NCBI GenBank assembly: GCA_038087875.1
Contig: CM075991.1
Coordinates: 930,001-994,000, forward strand
Reading direction: 5' to 3'
DNA: 64,000 nt
Source of the DNA: Malacoraja senta
Taxonomy: Eukaryota
Below, one piece after another: positions 35,726 through 49,445 of this stretch. Below the pieces are notes generated by a model, which saw nothing but the letters and a program-made list of their open reading frames with translations, had not been told where the DNA came from and did no database searches. The translations under genes were made by a program, and so were the position numbers. Position 1 is the first letter of the stretch. The number at the start of each line of letters is the position of its first letter.

Positions 35726-36644
35726 TGTAAGACACACTTTAATACAATTTAAAATTTTACATAGATTATATTATTCGAAAACTAAAATTCATAAAATTTT
35801 CCCAAACGTATCATCTATTTGTGATAAATGTCAATCCCAAGAAGCTACTATAGCGCACTCATTCGTCTTCTGTACAAAAATTCAAAAATTTTGGAATGAA
35901 ATTTTTGAAATCTTTACAAAGTTATTTAAAACAAGACTGATACCCAAAGCAGAATGGATTATCTTCGGAATAACGGAAGATGATCCAGAACTAAATGTGT
36001 TTCAAAAGAAATTAATGGACTATGGGTTAATAACTGGAAAAAAGCTAATTCTAAAATTTTGGAAGAAGGCTCCAATACCAACTATAAATATGTGGATTTC
36101 AAATATGTTTGAAACATTACACCTAGAAGAGATAAGACTCCTCCTAGCAGGTAAACCAGATCACTTCCACCTGACGTGGTCTGCATTTATAGAATTATTA
36201 CAAACATAGGGTGCAAAAGTACTTTAAAAAAATAAAAAATTGAGGTCAGGTAAGGGGGGATGATAGTTGAAGAGTTGGTATGTCCTATTTACGTGATGCT
36301 TAAAAAAACTTTTTTTTTTCTTTTTTTTTTTTTTTCCTCTCTCTCTTTCTCTTATTTTTCCTAGGGCCTATTTCTTAACTCTTTTTCTTTTGTTTTTAAT
36401 TTCGCTTTTATAGGGTCTTCGTCCTTTTTTGTTGTTACATTTTCTACACTTTTCTACACTTTCACTTTTTCCTTCACTTTCTTCTTTCTTTCAATCTTTT
36501 CCTTTTCTAGTGTAAAAAAATAAATAAAGGGAGTACATTAATTGTAAGAAGATACAAATGACGAGTATTAATGTATGTGGTTGTAATGTAATGTACTTCT
36601 AATAAATAAAAATTTAAAAAAAAAAAAAACTTAAAAAAAAAAAA
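35726..36644 (+). mobile_element. 5'-truncated L1-clade LINE with poly(A), inside a decayed minus-strand CR1
   Basis: CDKCQ...HSFVFC zinc knuckle; LILKFWK; poly(A) at 36601-36646; TSD aacttttagactccaca at 35709-35725 and 36645-36661. Confidence 0.85.
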
Positions 36645-38465
36645 AACTTTTAGACTCCACAACTCGAGGAAAAAAACCCATGACGATCTATTTTATCTTT
36701 GTTCCTCATGATTTTATTAATCTCTATAAGGTCACCCCTCAGCTTCCTTTGCTCCAGGGAAAACAGTCCCAGTCTATCCAGGCTCTACTTGTATTTCAAG
36801 CTCTCCTGCCCTGGCAACATCCTTGTGGCCCTTTCCTGCAACCTCTCAAACTTAATCACATCTTTCCTATAGTAAGGTGACCAGAACTCTTGTACACCTC
36901 TTGTACCCAATGACCCATCCAATGAATTCAATCATGCCATAGGCCTACTTTCCCATCTTGTGGCACCTGCTTCACCACTTTCGGGGAACTACGTTAGTCT
37001 CACTGCTCTACAACACACCCACGGCACTGAGAATTACTGTGTAAATATTTCCTTTGGTTAACTTCCCAAAATGCATCAATTTGTACTTTTCTAAGTTAAA
37101 TTCCACCTGTCATTCCTTTTCCCACTTTCCATGTTGATCTTGCAGCCTTAACTCAACCTTCTTCACTGTCTACTAAGTCTACTGGTGCAGCGGTAGAGTT
37201 ACTGTTTTACAGCGCTTGAGATCCGGGTTTGATCCTGATTACGAGTGTTGTCTGTACTGAGTTTGTAGGTTCTCCCCGTGACCTTTGTGGGTTTTCTCCG
37301 GGAGCTCCGGTTTCCGCCCACACTCCAAAGATGGGTTTGTAGGCTAATTGACTTGATAAAATTGTAAATTGTCCGTAGTGTGTGGGATGGTGTTAGTGTG
37401 AGGGGATCGCAGGTCACAGGGAGCTGAAGGATTTATTTCCATGCTGTATCTCTAAACTAAACTAATTTTGATGTCACCTGCAAACTTACTGAACAACATT
37501 GGACCCAGCACCAATAACAGCACCACATCACCAGTCATGGACTTCCAGTCTGAAGAACCTTCACTACCATTCTCTGAACACTTTCCACTGACCCCGTTTT
37601 TTTTCCAATTGGTTAGGATCCCTGGATAGTCCTGGATCCCATGTGATCTAAGCTTCCAGAGCAGCCTACCATGCAGGACCATGTCAAAGGCCTTACTAAA
37701 AGTCTAGATAAGATAACGTCTACTATCCTGCCCTCGTCAATCCTCTTAGTCACTCTTCAAAACATTCATTCATTCGTGAGACACAAGTTATGTTGACTAT
37801 CCCTAATCAGTTCTTACCTTTCCAAATGCAGATAGATCCTGTCTCTCAGAATCCCTTCCAGTATCTCTAACTGTTTCTTAAATGTTATACAATACAACAC
37901 AATACAATACAATACAATTTATTTGTCATTGTATTGGGATGGGATACAATGTTGGGATAGTCCCAGCCTCAACTACCTCCTCAGGTCATCCGCCACTTTG
38001 TGAAAAAGTTACTCAGATTCCTAATAAATCTTTTCACCTTCACCTTAAATATCTACTTATGAAATTCTGAGAAAACTTGGAACACTACAAAAACGTAACA
38101 AATTATGCCGCATTCAAATCATCAGCAGTATAACAGTCGCAGTCAATGGTGGGGAAGTTAAAATTACTACTTCAACAACAACCTTATTATTCTTACAGCT
38201 ATCTGCAATCTCGCAACAAATTTCCTCCTCCAATTGCCGCTGACTATTGAGGGCCCATCAGTACACTGTTTGATCCTCCAGGAATATCCTGGCTAAGTAC
38301 TACCATGATGGTCTCTGTGATCAAGTACATAGCTCCCCCATCTCTCCTAACTCTACCTCTATCATGCATGTAGTGTCTTTGCTCTGGAACATTGAGCCAT
38401 CGGTCTTGGCCCTCCCTCAACAATGTTTCTGTAATAGCTATAGCATCCCAGTTCCTTATGCCTAT

Positions 38466-39813
38466 TCAAGGCCTTCGATACGGTCAGCAGAGATGGCTTG
38501 TGGGAGATAATGGAGAAGTCTGGCTGTCGCAGCAGGTTCATCACGATTGTCCGGCAGTTCCACGATGGCATGATGGTGAAAGTATTGGATGATGGAGATG
38601 AGTCAGAAGCCTTCCTAGTGACAAACGGCGTGAAGCAAGGCTGCGTTCTTGCCCCTACACTCTGTAGCATGGTCTTCTCCGCCATGCTGACTGATGCTTT
38701 CTGTGACTGTCGGGATGGTATACACGTCATGCACAGGACTGACGGTGGGTGACTCAACCTCAGGTGCCTACAGCCTGTTACAAAGGTGAAGGAGACTGTC
38801 ATCAGAGACTTCTTATTCGCTGATGATTACTCCCTCAATGCCAGCACAGAGCAGAAGATGCAGCACGTAATGGACTGCCTCTCACCAGGTTGCGACAACT
38901 TTGGTCTCACCATCAGCACTAAAAAGACTGAAGTTATGTACCAGCCTGTGCCGGGAAAGCCCTACCACGAGCCACACATCACAGTAAAGGGGCAGAAGCT
39001 ACTGGCGGTCGACAATTTCACCTATGTCGGCAGCACACTCTCACGAGCAGTGATCATAGATGCAGAGCTCAACAACAGGATCTCCAAGGCCAGCGCTGTC
39101 TTCGACAGACTTCGTGAAAATGTTTGGGAGAGGAGAGGACTTAGCGTTGCCACCAAGATGAAGGTCAACCGTGCAGTAGTTCTCACTACCCTCCTCTATA
39201 CCTGTGAGACGTGGACTGTCTACATCAGACACACCAAGCAGCTCAACCACTTTCACTTAAGCTGTGTCTGCAGACTCCTCCACATTAGGTGGCAGGACAA
39301 AATCCCGGACACGGAAGTCCTTTAACGGGCCGGCATCCCCAGAGTCTTCACCCTCCTTCAGAAAGCCTAAGCCAGATGGGCTGGCCATGTCGTCCGAATG
39401 CCAGACCGTTGGCTGCCAAAACAGCTGTTGTACGGAGAACTGTGACAGGGCAAGTGGTCAGTTGGGGGGAGGCAGAAGAAACGCTTCAAAGATTGCCTCA
39501 AAGTTTCCCTCAAAGACCTTAACATCGATCTCAATACTTGGGAGTTGCTTGCTCTGGACCGCCCAACTTGGCGAAGCAAGATCCCCACAGGAGTGCGTGC
39601 AGCCGAGAGGAAGTGCACCACTGAAGCTCAGAGGTAACGCGCCATGCGCAAGGCTCGAGCCACTTCAAGTTGTACTGCAGCTCCCACCAAACTGTGTCCC
39701 AACTGCGGGCGAGACTTCCAGGCCCGGATCAGTCTCACCAGTCACATCCGGACCCACAAACAAAAACACTGAAGTCATGGTCTTCTTCAACTATGAAGGA
39801 CGAAGAACAACAC
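38466..39813 (+). mobile_element. 5'-truncated RTE-clade LINE
   Basis: KAFDTV, NGVKQGCVLAPTL, LFADD, LLYTCETWT, and a C-terminal CPNC...H..RTH finger; 24-bp TSD at 38442-38465 and 39814-39837. Confidence 0.92.
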
Positions 39814-42800
39814 AGCATCCCAGTTCCTTATGCCTATCCATGCTCTGAGCACATCTGTCTTGCGTATCAGCCTTCTTACATTAAAATAAATGCAGTTGGT
39901 CTATCGGACGTTCCTTGCTTCCTGTCCTGCCACTGCCCATCCTGCACTGGATTTTCTTGCTTTAACTGCCTCCATGTTCCCATCTGCCACACTACTAATA
40001 TAGGTCCCACCTGCACGCTGGACATGGCTTCAAAGGAGAGTCTAATTTGCAATCGCAACCCCAGTGAAACTTTACAGTGAAATGTCACAGGCATCGGAGG
40101 GAAGGTTGGGCTTGATTAGAATCAGTGAAGGTTTCCAAAGGAACTGTCAAAGGAATTTTGAAAGTGGAGGATAACATATCACAAATTGAAGAGCTTAGGT
40201 ATAAAATCTATCAAATAGTGTGATTGAAGATTCAATCCTCATCGCGGTGAAGAGGCAGTTGAGTAATGGAGGGGCATGTAGCTGGAGATGTTTAAGGAGT
40301 TGGTGCAAGTTGGGTTGACTCTGTAAACAATGGCAATATTGCACAAAAAGAGAAGTCAAAGGGGACAATTGAGATACAAGATACATGTATTTGTTGCATG
40401 TACCAATTGGTACAGTGGTCACCATACAGCCATACGAATAATAAAGAGCACAGAACACGATAGTTTTCAACACAGACATCCCCACACAGTGGGATCAAAG
40501 TTTCCCAATGTGAGGGAAGGCTCCAAAATTCAGTCATCCTCCTCTGTTGTCCTCCCGTGGTCGGGGGACTGCCGAACCCCCGCTGTCGCCGCTAAGGGGG
40601 GCCCGATGTTCAGGCCCGCTCGCCGTGGTGATGGAAGTCCGACGTAGGGTCTGGAGGACATCCTCCGCGGCTTGAACATCCGAATCGGCCACCTCCTACC
40701 GGAGTCTGCAGCTCCCGAAGTCCACAGGCAGAGATTCAACGCTGGCGGCCCTCAGCAAAGGGCCCCAGGACTCCGCGATGTTGAAGTCAGCGCCGGCCGC
40801 GCTGGGAGCTCTCCAAACCCCAGCTCCGATGTTGAAGCAGCAGGCCCAACACTCCGGAGCTTCAACGGCGATCCCAGGTAAGGCATCGCCCGCTCAGCGG
40901 TGAATCCAGCGCTGCGCCGCCCCTGCTGGAGCTCTGGTCCGGTACCCGGCAGGAAAGGCCGCTCCAATCCAGTTGGTAAGCCGCGAGGATGGGGGCGTGG
41001 ATGCGACTCAGAGAATAGTCGCGTCCTCGCCAGGAAGTGACTGGGAAACGGTTTCCCCCTTACCCTACCCCCCTCCCCCACATAGAAAAGCTAAAGAAAC
41101 TAAAGAAAATAAAAATAAAAAAAGATAGAAAAACAGACTGTAGGCAGAGGCTGCCTTCAAAGCGGCGCCCCTAGTGGAATCAATTGGGGATAAGGATGAT
41201 GCTAACACATGTGCTGGAGTTGCAGGGAACTAGCAGTTTAATTAAAGGGAGACTGAGGTGGTCGATAAAGAAAATATTGGAGAAATTAATTCTTCAGTTT
41301 GTTGAGGACATGTATAATTGGTTGCCACAGCAATGAAAAGGAGATAGATGTCAGGGTCTGACCGGCTGATCAGAATGGGCTTGTCATTCTCACAAGGTGA
41401 GCTGATAAAGTTCAGCAACGGGGCAGGAACGGGTACTGATTGTGGATGATCAGCCATGATCACAGTGAATGGTGGTGCTGGCCCGAAGGGCCAAATGACC
41501 TACTCCTGCACCTATTGTCTATTCTCTAAAACAATATCAATAAAAAAAAGTCACATGAGACTTGCTGGAATACCTCAGCGGGTCAGACAGCATCTCTGGA
41601 GAGAAGGAATCGGTGACGTTTCAGGATGAGACCCTTCTTCAGACTCAGACTTCTTCGCGTCTTCAGTCTCGACCTGAAACGTCACCCATTCCTTCTCTCT
41701 GGAGATGCTGCCTGTCCTGGTGTGCTACTCCAGCATTTTGTGTCTATCTGCAGTTTCCCCCCTTCACATGTGACAGGTCATTTATAATCCAAGGAAGGTG
41801 ATGGAAATTTGAAGGTGGCTTTGTCACCTTACATGTTGAAAGGTAATTCTTCCTTTCAATAGCACCCATTGGCGGGGGTCTCTAACATAGTAAAAACATG
41901 CCAAGGCAGGAACGTTATCAAATCAAAATCTGTCAGTCAACCACTTAAGAAGATTTGAGGGAAAGAAACATGTGCTTGTGGAGAATTTTGTCAGCATGCT
42001 GATGAGAAACTTAAGCTTGCCAAGAATTAATGTTTTGAACATGCTGAAAACAGTTGGGGGTGGGATGGGGAAGGGCCAAATCTATTGCTAATGGAATGGG
42101 TACTGTATGTGGAACAAGGCTACAGAGGACAGGAATTGAGGTAATCTTGATCAAAGACCATGGATAGGTCAGTAGAGGAGACAAGGTACTGCTACATCCT
42201 GAAACTGAAAGAATTTGGCTGTGGGAAGGGAGAGCATCCAGATTATAGAGATCCAAATGGAATGGAGGGAGAGCAGGCCAGAGCTGAGTGGCAGATTAGT
42301 TGTAAGCTGGAGAGGAGGCAGAAGCATGAGTGGAGCAGAGTTTTGAAAATAGAGAGGACAGCTGTTGATGTGAACACTAGACTGGGTGAGCTTTCCTCTT
42401 CCATCAGCTGTATATTCTTCAGGAATAGGGTCGCAAATTATTATGATGATCATTTCATTTAAATGGATTCTTGACCCAATCCCTCGATGTCCAGGGAACA
42501 AAGAAGTATTGCAACGACTTGAGACAAACACTGATGATGGTTACACTGGAACCTGGCCACACTTATCGGAGTTTCGTGGAACGTTGGGGGTGAGGAGGAT
42601 TGCAATTTAACTCTTTTAGATTTCTTGGAAAATTATATCCGAGTCTCATTTTAGATTGTGATTAAATGCATTTTGCACATTTCCTTTGAAGTTGATTTCT
42701 CAGCATTCTGGAATGTAGCAACTGGTGAGATACTCCATATCACCCAGTTGTTTATTCCGTCAGTCACTGCATTTCAACAATAGCTGCCCTCCTGTCAGCA

Positions 42801-45419
42801 AGGGCTTGGGACAAGAGTAAGCAGTTATAAATACACAAGTGTTATTTTCACTGCATAGGACACAAGCTCACAGAGAATAAACTCATCCCTACATTTTAGA
42901 TCCTGTGAAATCTTCCACATGCCAAATAAATGGCAGTTCCAACTCTACTCAAAAGTTCTGGGTCATTGTATTTTGCAATTTCTTCATTGATTCAATTATT
43001 CAATTATACCAGAAAAGTTTCGGCCCGAAACGTTGCCTGAAGGGTTTCGGCCCGAAACGTTGCCTATTTCCTTCGCTCCATAGATGCTGCTGCACCCGCT
43101 GAGTTTCTCCAGCATTTTTGTGTACGTTCAATTATACTTTATTGCCTCATGTACAGTGAAATGCTTTGTTTTGCATACAATCCAGCAAAATTTCTCACTT
43201 GACTAATGTTGTTGTATAAAGTACCATCTACCAATATGGAACTTATAAAACCAGTGTCAAAATGATGAACTATACACGCACCTCACTTCAGTGAAAGAAT
43301 TTGAACCCTCTCCGCAGATCGCTAGTTAAAGCTACTTGGAAAGGATTGTTCTTTGGGCTACACTGTGTCTGGGTTGTGATTGTAACTAGCTCTACGAAGC
43401 ACTTGCCATAAATGGGTCTGACCCTTTAAATATGCAAATCAATGAGTGATTACATCACTGAGACCACAAACCAGGGACCAGAGCAAGACACATTATTGTG
43501 ATTTTACTGTAAGACCAGCGAAAAACAGTCTGGGACAAGAGGTCCAAAAGTCTTTTGACTCTTTTCTGACTTCTTTAAGAAAGCAAGGCAGTAGCAAATG
43601 AATGGGATTGCCATGATATTGGCACCACAATACTTTTTTTGTATAAGGGCTGTCTGTGAGAACTTGTCTCTAACATCAGCGAATGGGTCCACGCACACTG
43701 ATTCTCGGCCAGTGTCAGGTACGCTGCACTCATGACTATATTTTTACAGGGAAAAAAAATCAATATTGATTTCTTTAACTTCAAGTAACCCCTGCACTCC
43801 TCTCTCCATCCCTCCCCCACCTGTCGCACCAGGTTCCCGTTCTCACCTAGCAAACAGCTAACAATGGCCTGTATCCTTTATCATTGATACTTTTTTGCAT
43901 ATCTTTCATTCATTTATTCTATATCTCTCTCTACATCACTGTCTATATCTCTCGTTTCTCTTTACTCTGACTGGTCTGAAGAAGGGTCTCGACCTGAAAC
44001 ACCACCCATTTCTTCTCTCCAGAGATGCTGCCTGCCCCGCTGAGTTACTCAAGCATTTGCAGTTCCTTCCTGCACAGTGATCTTTGCCTATTATACAATG
44101 GCTACTGACCTTCACTACGGAATCTCTCTTATTCCAAAGCTTTTTGTATATGCAATGGTGACAAAATTCTTTTTAACTCCCTTCAGCAGCGACATTCTTG
44201 TCTCTTCAGTGTAGCTCAAGAAACATGGAAACCTCTACATTGTTTGCTTCTCATCCATATTTTTTGTTTTTAACTGGGCTTCAAGAAGAAATAAGCTGCT
44301 GGCTGTTTGTAACATGTAACTAATTTTCCAGAGAGCCTAGGCCATGAGACAATGGCTGAGAATATCTCAGACACAACACTGCCCTACAGGGCTAATCGGC
44401 AACAGTTCATTTTGCTGCATTCCTCCTTGTTGATCGTGGCTAATTCTTTTGATCTTGTTTTGAAACTATTGGAGCCTGTGGCCACTGAGTGGAACAGTAA
44501 AGGAAACGGGCAGTTTATCACAAAGCAAAGTTCACTTAAGCCACAGTTATGTGAGGAATTTCAGGCACAGGGCTTAAGAACCAACTATTTATATCAAAGG
44601 ATTAAATGCTAAATGTCATCAGAAGCTACTCTTTGGTAAAGAGAACTTGGGATTTGCAAACCAACTGACTGGTTTGGAAAGCAAACTGCAGGTGGGAGTA
44701 AGGGGAGTAACTGCCCGATATACCCTTGGCAGATATAGGGTCAGTTGCATCGCCTAGTTGCCTTAATGGTCCAGATCCAACATGCTCAAGCACAAGGGAA
44801 ACCAGGAAACACTGCTTGTATCCTCTTTCAGCATTAGTATAATTCAGCTGCCTTTACCAGAAAGCTGTGGTTTCACCAGGCCACTCCAGAAGGGCCTATG
44901 GAATCCCAAGAGGAAGCTTTTCCAATATTATCTCTGCAAACTACCTCCTAGTTTCCCGAGCATCATTCCTAAAAATGCTCACACGATACCTTCCAACCAC
45001 GAACATTTCATCTGACAGCTGGGTTTCAACCCGAAACATTATCCATTCCTTCTCTCCAGGGATGCTGCCTGTCCCGCTGAGTTACTCCAGTATTTTGTGT
45101 CTACCTTGATTTAAACCAGCATCTGCAGTTCTTTCCTACACATTTTGTCCAGCCCATTACTTGGTTTCAGCAAGTCCCTGCAATGTTACTCATTTCTTGC
45201 TGTAATTGGGAGAGGTAGCAACTGGTAAGCGGCTGTTAAAATACTCTGTCCTCATTTCTGTAATCGTGGGGTGGATTTGGGTTTGATCTGTGCAGGTGTT
45301 TGAATGCATATAGATTCAAGATGGAATTGCTGATCGGGTAAGACATGGCAGTGGCAATCCCTCCTCATCCCTGTCCGAAATGTCGTTTCCATCCCCTAAG
45401 ACTGATCCATGTCTTGCAC

Positions 45420-47360
45420 TATAATAGACAAATCTCCAGGGCTGATCTGAGGACTAGATGGGAAACTAGAGAGGAAATTGTGGGTGCCCTGGTTGAAATT
45501 AACAGCCGTCTTTAAATACAGGAGAGGTGCCGGAAGACTGGAGGGTGACAAATGTTGTGCCTCTGTTCAAGAGGGACTGCAGGGAAAACGCTGGAAACTA
45601 TAGTATATGATTGAAGACGTGACCAAAAAGGTCAATGAGGGCAGAGCTGTACATGTATACATGGACTTCAGTAAGGCATTCAACAAGGTTCTGCATGGTA
45701 GGCTGCTCCAGAAGGTTCGATCGCATGGGATCCAAGGAGAGATAGCTGAATGGATAAAAAATTGGCTTCATGGAAGGAAGCAGAGAGTGATGGTGGAAGG
45801 TTGCTTCTCGGACTGGAGGCCTGTGACTAGTGGTGTGCTTCAGGGTTCGGTGCTGGGCTAGTTACTGCATGTCATCTACATCAATGATTTGGATGAGAAC
45901 ATACAGGGCAAGATTAGCAAGTTTGCAGATGATACAAAAATGGGTGGTTTTGCAGATAGTGAAGGTGGTTGTGAACAATTGCAGCAGGATCTTGATCGAT
46001 TGGCCAGGTGGGCTAAGTAATGGTTGATGGAATTTAATACAGAGAAATGTGAGGTGTCGCATTTTGGGAAGTCTAACATGAACAGGACTTACACAATGAA
46101 TGGTAGGGCTCTGGGGAGTGTTGTAGAGCAGAGGGATCTAGGAGTACAGGTGCATGGTTCCTTGAAGGTCAAGTTGCAGGTAGATAAGGTGGTCAAAAAG
46201 GCTTTTGGTACATTGGCCTTCATCAGTCAGAGTATTGAGTATAGAGGTTGGGAGGTCATGTTGCAGTTAAAACGTTGGTGAGGCCGCATTTAGAGTATTG
46301 TGTTCAGTTCTGGGCACCGTGTTATAGAAAAATGTTAAGCTGGAATGGATACAGAGAAGATTTATGAGGGTGTTACCAGGACTAGAGGGTGTGAGCTATA
46401 GGGAGAGGTTGAGTAGGCTGGGTCTCTATCCCCTGGAGCGCAGGAGGATGAGGGGTGATCTTATAGAGGTGTATAAAAACATGAGAGGAATCGACCAGTA
46501 AGATTCACAGAGCCTCTTGCCCAGAGTAGGGGAATCAGAGGATATAGGTTTACGGTGAAGGGGAAAATACTTAATAGGAATCTGAGGGGTAACTTTTTCA
46601 CACAAAGGGTGGTGGGTGCATGGAACTATCCCGACGTTTAAGAAGCAGTTAAACAGGTACATGGATAGGACAGGTTTGGAATGATGTGGACCAAACACAG
46701 GCAGGTGGGACTAGTGTAATTCGTCACTTGCGGGAAAGTTGGGCCGAAGGGCCTGTTCCACATGGTATCCACACTGTACAGAGATGTAATGCTGAGGCTC
46801 TATAAGGCACTGGTCAGGCCGCATTTGGAGCACTGTGAGCACATTTGGGCCTATACCTGAGGAAGGATGTGCTGGCTCTGAGAGGGTCCAGAGGAGGTTT
46901 ACAGGAATGATTCCAGGAATGAGTGGGTTAGCATATGATGAGTGTTTGACGGCACTGGCTGGAGATTAGAAGGTCGAGGGGGGGTGTTGAAACTTACCGA
47001 ATAGTGAAAGGCATTGATAGAGTGGATGTGGAGAGGATGTTTCTACTGGTGGGAGAATCTAGGACCAGAGGTCACAGCTTCAGAATTAATGGACGCTCTT
47101 TTAGAAAGGAGGTGAGGAGGAACTTCTTTAGTCAGAGGGTAGTTAATCTATGGAACTCATTGCCACAGAAGGCTGTAGAGGCCAAGTCAGTGGATATTTT
47201 TAAGGCAGAGATAGACAAATTCTTGATTAGAACGGGTGTCAAGGGTTACGGGGAGAGGCAGGAAAATGGGATTAGGAGACAGAGATCAGCCATGATTGAA
47301 TGGCAGAGTGACTCGATGGGCCGAATGGCCTAATTCTACTCCTATAACTTGTGAACTTGT
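45420..47360 (+). mobile_element. Two adjacent decayed CR1 fragments (~45420-46750 and ~46775-47360)
   Basis: YMDFSKAFNKV, QGSVLG, FADDTK, FFSQRVVNLWNSLP. Confidence 0.88.
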
Positions 47361-47933
47361 ATCACTCTATCGACCCGAAACGTCACCCATTCCTTCTCTC
47401 CAGAGATGCTGCCTGTCCCACTGAGTTACTCCAGCATTTTGTGTCTACCTTCGATTGAAACCAGCATCTGCAGTTCTTTCCTACTCACTCTATGACTTGC
47501 TCTCTACTGTGTGTGCACTAATATCATGATCTTTGCATTGTCTTTTACTTTCCATTGCTTTGCGGAAATTATGGGCAATTTATAAATAATTTATGTATAA
47601 CCTATATTTTGTCTATGGTCCTGTGACGTTTCTGCAGGCAACATTTTCATCGCACACGTATCTCACTATTCTTGTGCATATGCCAGTAAACTCGACTTAA
47701 CTTGGCTTCCACATAACCCAGCCAGAGGAAACATCCTTTCATCATCCAGCCTGTTTAGCCTCATCAATGCTGTACATTTCAATGAGGTCTCTCATTCTTC
47801 TTCAATGTAATGAATGCAGCCAGTCAATAATGATTTCCCTTCCATAAACCCATTCCAACTTTGTACTTTGTTGTAATAGTCACTGGTGCTAATTGTAGTT
47901 GACTGTCTTTAATAAAAAATGCTTTGTTTGTAG

Positions 47934-48141
47934 ACAAAAGTGCTGGAGAAACTCAGCGGGTGACGCAGCATCTATGGAGCGAAGAAAATAGGCAACGTTT
48001 CGGGCCGAAACCCTTCTTCAGACGTTTCGGCCCGAAACGTTGCCTATTTCCTTCGCTCCATAGATGCTGCCTCACCCGCTGAATTTCTCCAGCATTTTTG
48101 TCTACCTTCGATATTCCAGCATCTGCAGTTCCTTCTTAAAC
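47934..48141. mobile_element. Penelope-end hairpin insertion with 17-bp TSD
   Basis: Inverted arms around 48020; aaatgctttgtttgtag at 47917-47933 and 48142-48158. Confidence 0.85.
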
Positions 48142-48195
48142 AAATGCTTTGTTTGTAGTCTTTCCCGTTATTTGCCCTAGCACACTCCAACATCA

Positions 48196-48642
48196 CTGCC
48201 CGTTGGATTGCAACCTTGTCGTGGTCGGGGAGCTTGTGTGTCTCAGTGACCCCCAGAGCTATGCCAGCAGGAGATTCGTCTCCTGTTAGGGTCTCCCTTG
48301 CCGGACAGGTCGAAGGGTAGAGGCGAGACGAAGAGCGATCCACTGGTCCTCCAGGTTGGAGGTTGAGCACAGGGCTAACAACCCTGTCTCGTAAAACAAA
48401 TATGTTACGGAAATAGCAACTGAAGGAATCAACACTACTGGGCGTGATGGACTTCCAGGGCTATCGACAGATGCTAGGATGACCAGACAGCATCCCAAGA
48501 ATAGCCCTGCACTGGACACCGGAAGGGAAAAGGACCTGACCTGGGGTAGTGTCCAGAAGCTAGCCCAGAACAGACAGGAGTGGAGGACCTTCGTTGCTGC
48601 CCTACATGCCAGGGGGCATAATAGGCAGTAAGTAAATAAGTA
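48196..48642 (+). mobile_element. Internally deleted RTE element (5' UTR fused to extreme 3' end) with (TAAG)n-like tail
   Basis: RTE-type UTR ggtcctccaggttggaggttgagcacagggctaacaaccc; ALHWTPEGKR and LAQNRQEWRTFVAAL remnants; TSD act(c/g)caacatca at 48184-48195 and 48643-48654. Confidence 0.8.
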
Positions 48643-48656
48643 ACTGCAACATCATA

Positions 48657-49445
48657 GGTGTAAGAAAGAACTGCAGATGCTGCTTTAAATCGAAGGTAGA
48701 CACAAAATGCTGGAGTAACTTAGCGGAACAGGCAGCATCTCTGGAGAGAAGAAATGGGTGACATTTCGGGTCGAGACCCTTCTTCAGAATGATGTCAGGG
48801 GAGGGAGCAGAGCCGCTGGACAAAGATAGAATGTGGGCGGAGACAATAAGACTAATGGGAGAACCAGGAAGGGAAAGGGGAAGGAGAGAGAAAGCAAGGG
48901 CTATCTGAAGTTAGAGAAGTCAATGTTCATACCGCCTGGGGTGTAAACTACCCAAGCGGAATATGAGGTGCTGTTTCTCCAATCTGCGCTGGGCCTCACT
49001 CTGACAATGGAGGCCCAGGACAGAAAGGTCAGATTGGGAATGGGAGGTGGGGTTGAAGTGCTGAGCCACCGGGAGATCAGGTAGGTTAAGACGGACTGAG
49101 CGGACGTGTTCAGCGAAACGATCGCTGAGCCTGCGCTTGGTCTCGCCGATGTAGAGAAGTTGACGCCTGGAGCAGCGGATACAGTAGATGAGGTTGGAGG
49201 AGGTGCAAGTGAACTTCTGTCTAGAAAGATTGTTTAGGTCCTTGGATGGAGTCGAGGGGGGAGGTAAAAGGACAGGTGTTGCATCTCCTGCAGTTGCAGA
49301 GGAAAGTACCTGGGGAGGGGGTGGTTTGGGAGGGAAGGGACGAGTTGCGGAGGGAAAGGACTCTGTGGAAAGCAGAAAGGTGAGGACAAGGTGCGAATGG
49401 GGGAAGGGTTAGTAAGAGCGGAGCTGCAGGATATCGAAGAGACCC
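48657..49445 (-). mobile_element. Decayed Penelope-like element 3' part
   Basis: Homologous to 6908-7800 and 8584-9480. Confidence 0.85.

Noticed and set aside
41164..41178. CTCF-like motif at the 5' end of the GC-rich elements (also ~25720)
   Set aside because: One G short of the core consensus spacing in both copies; not supportable.
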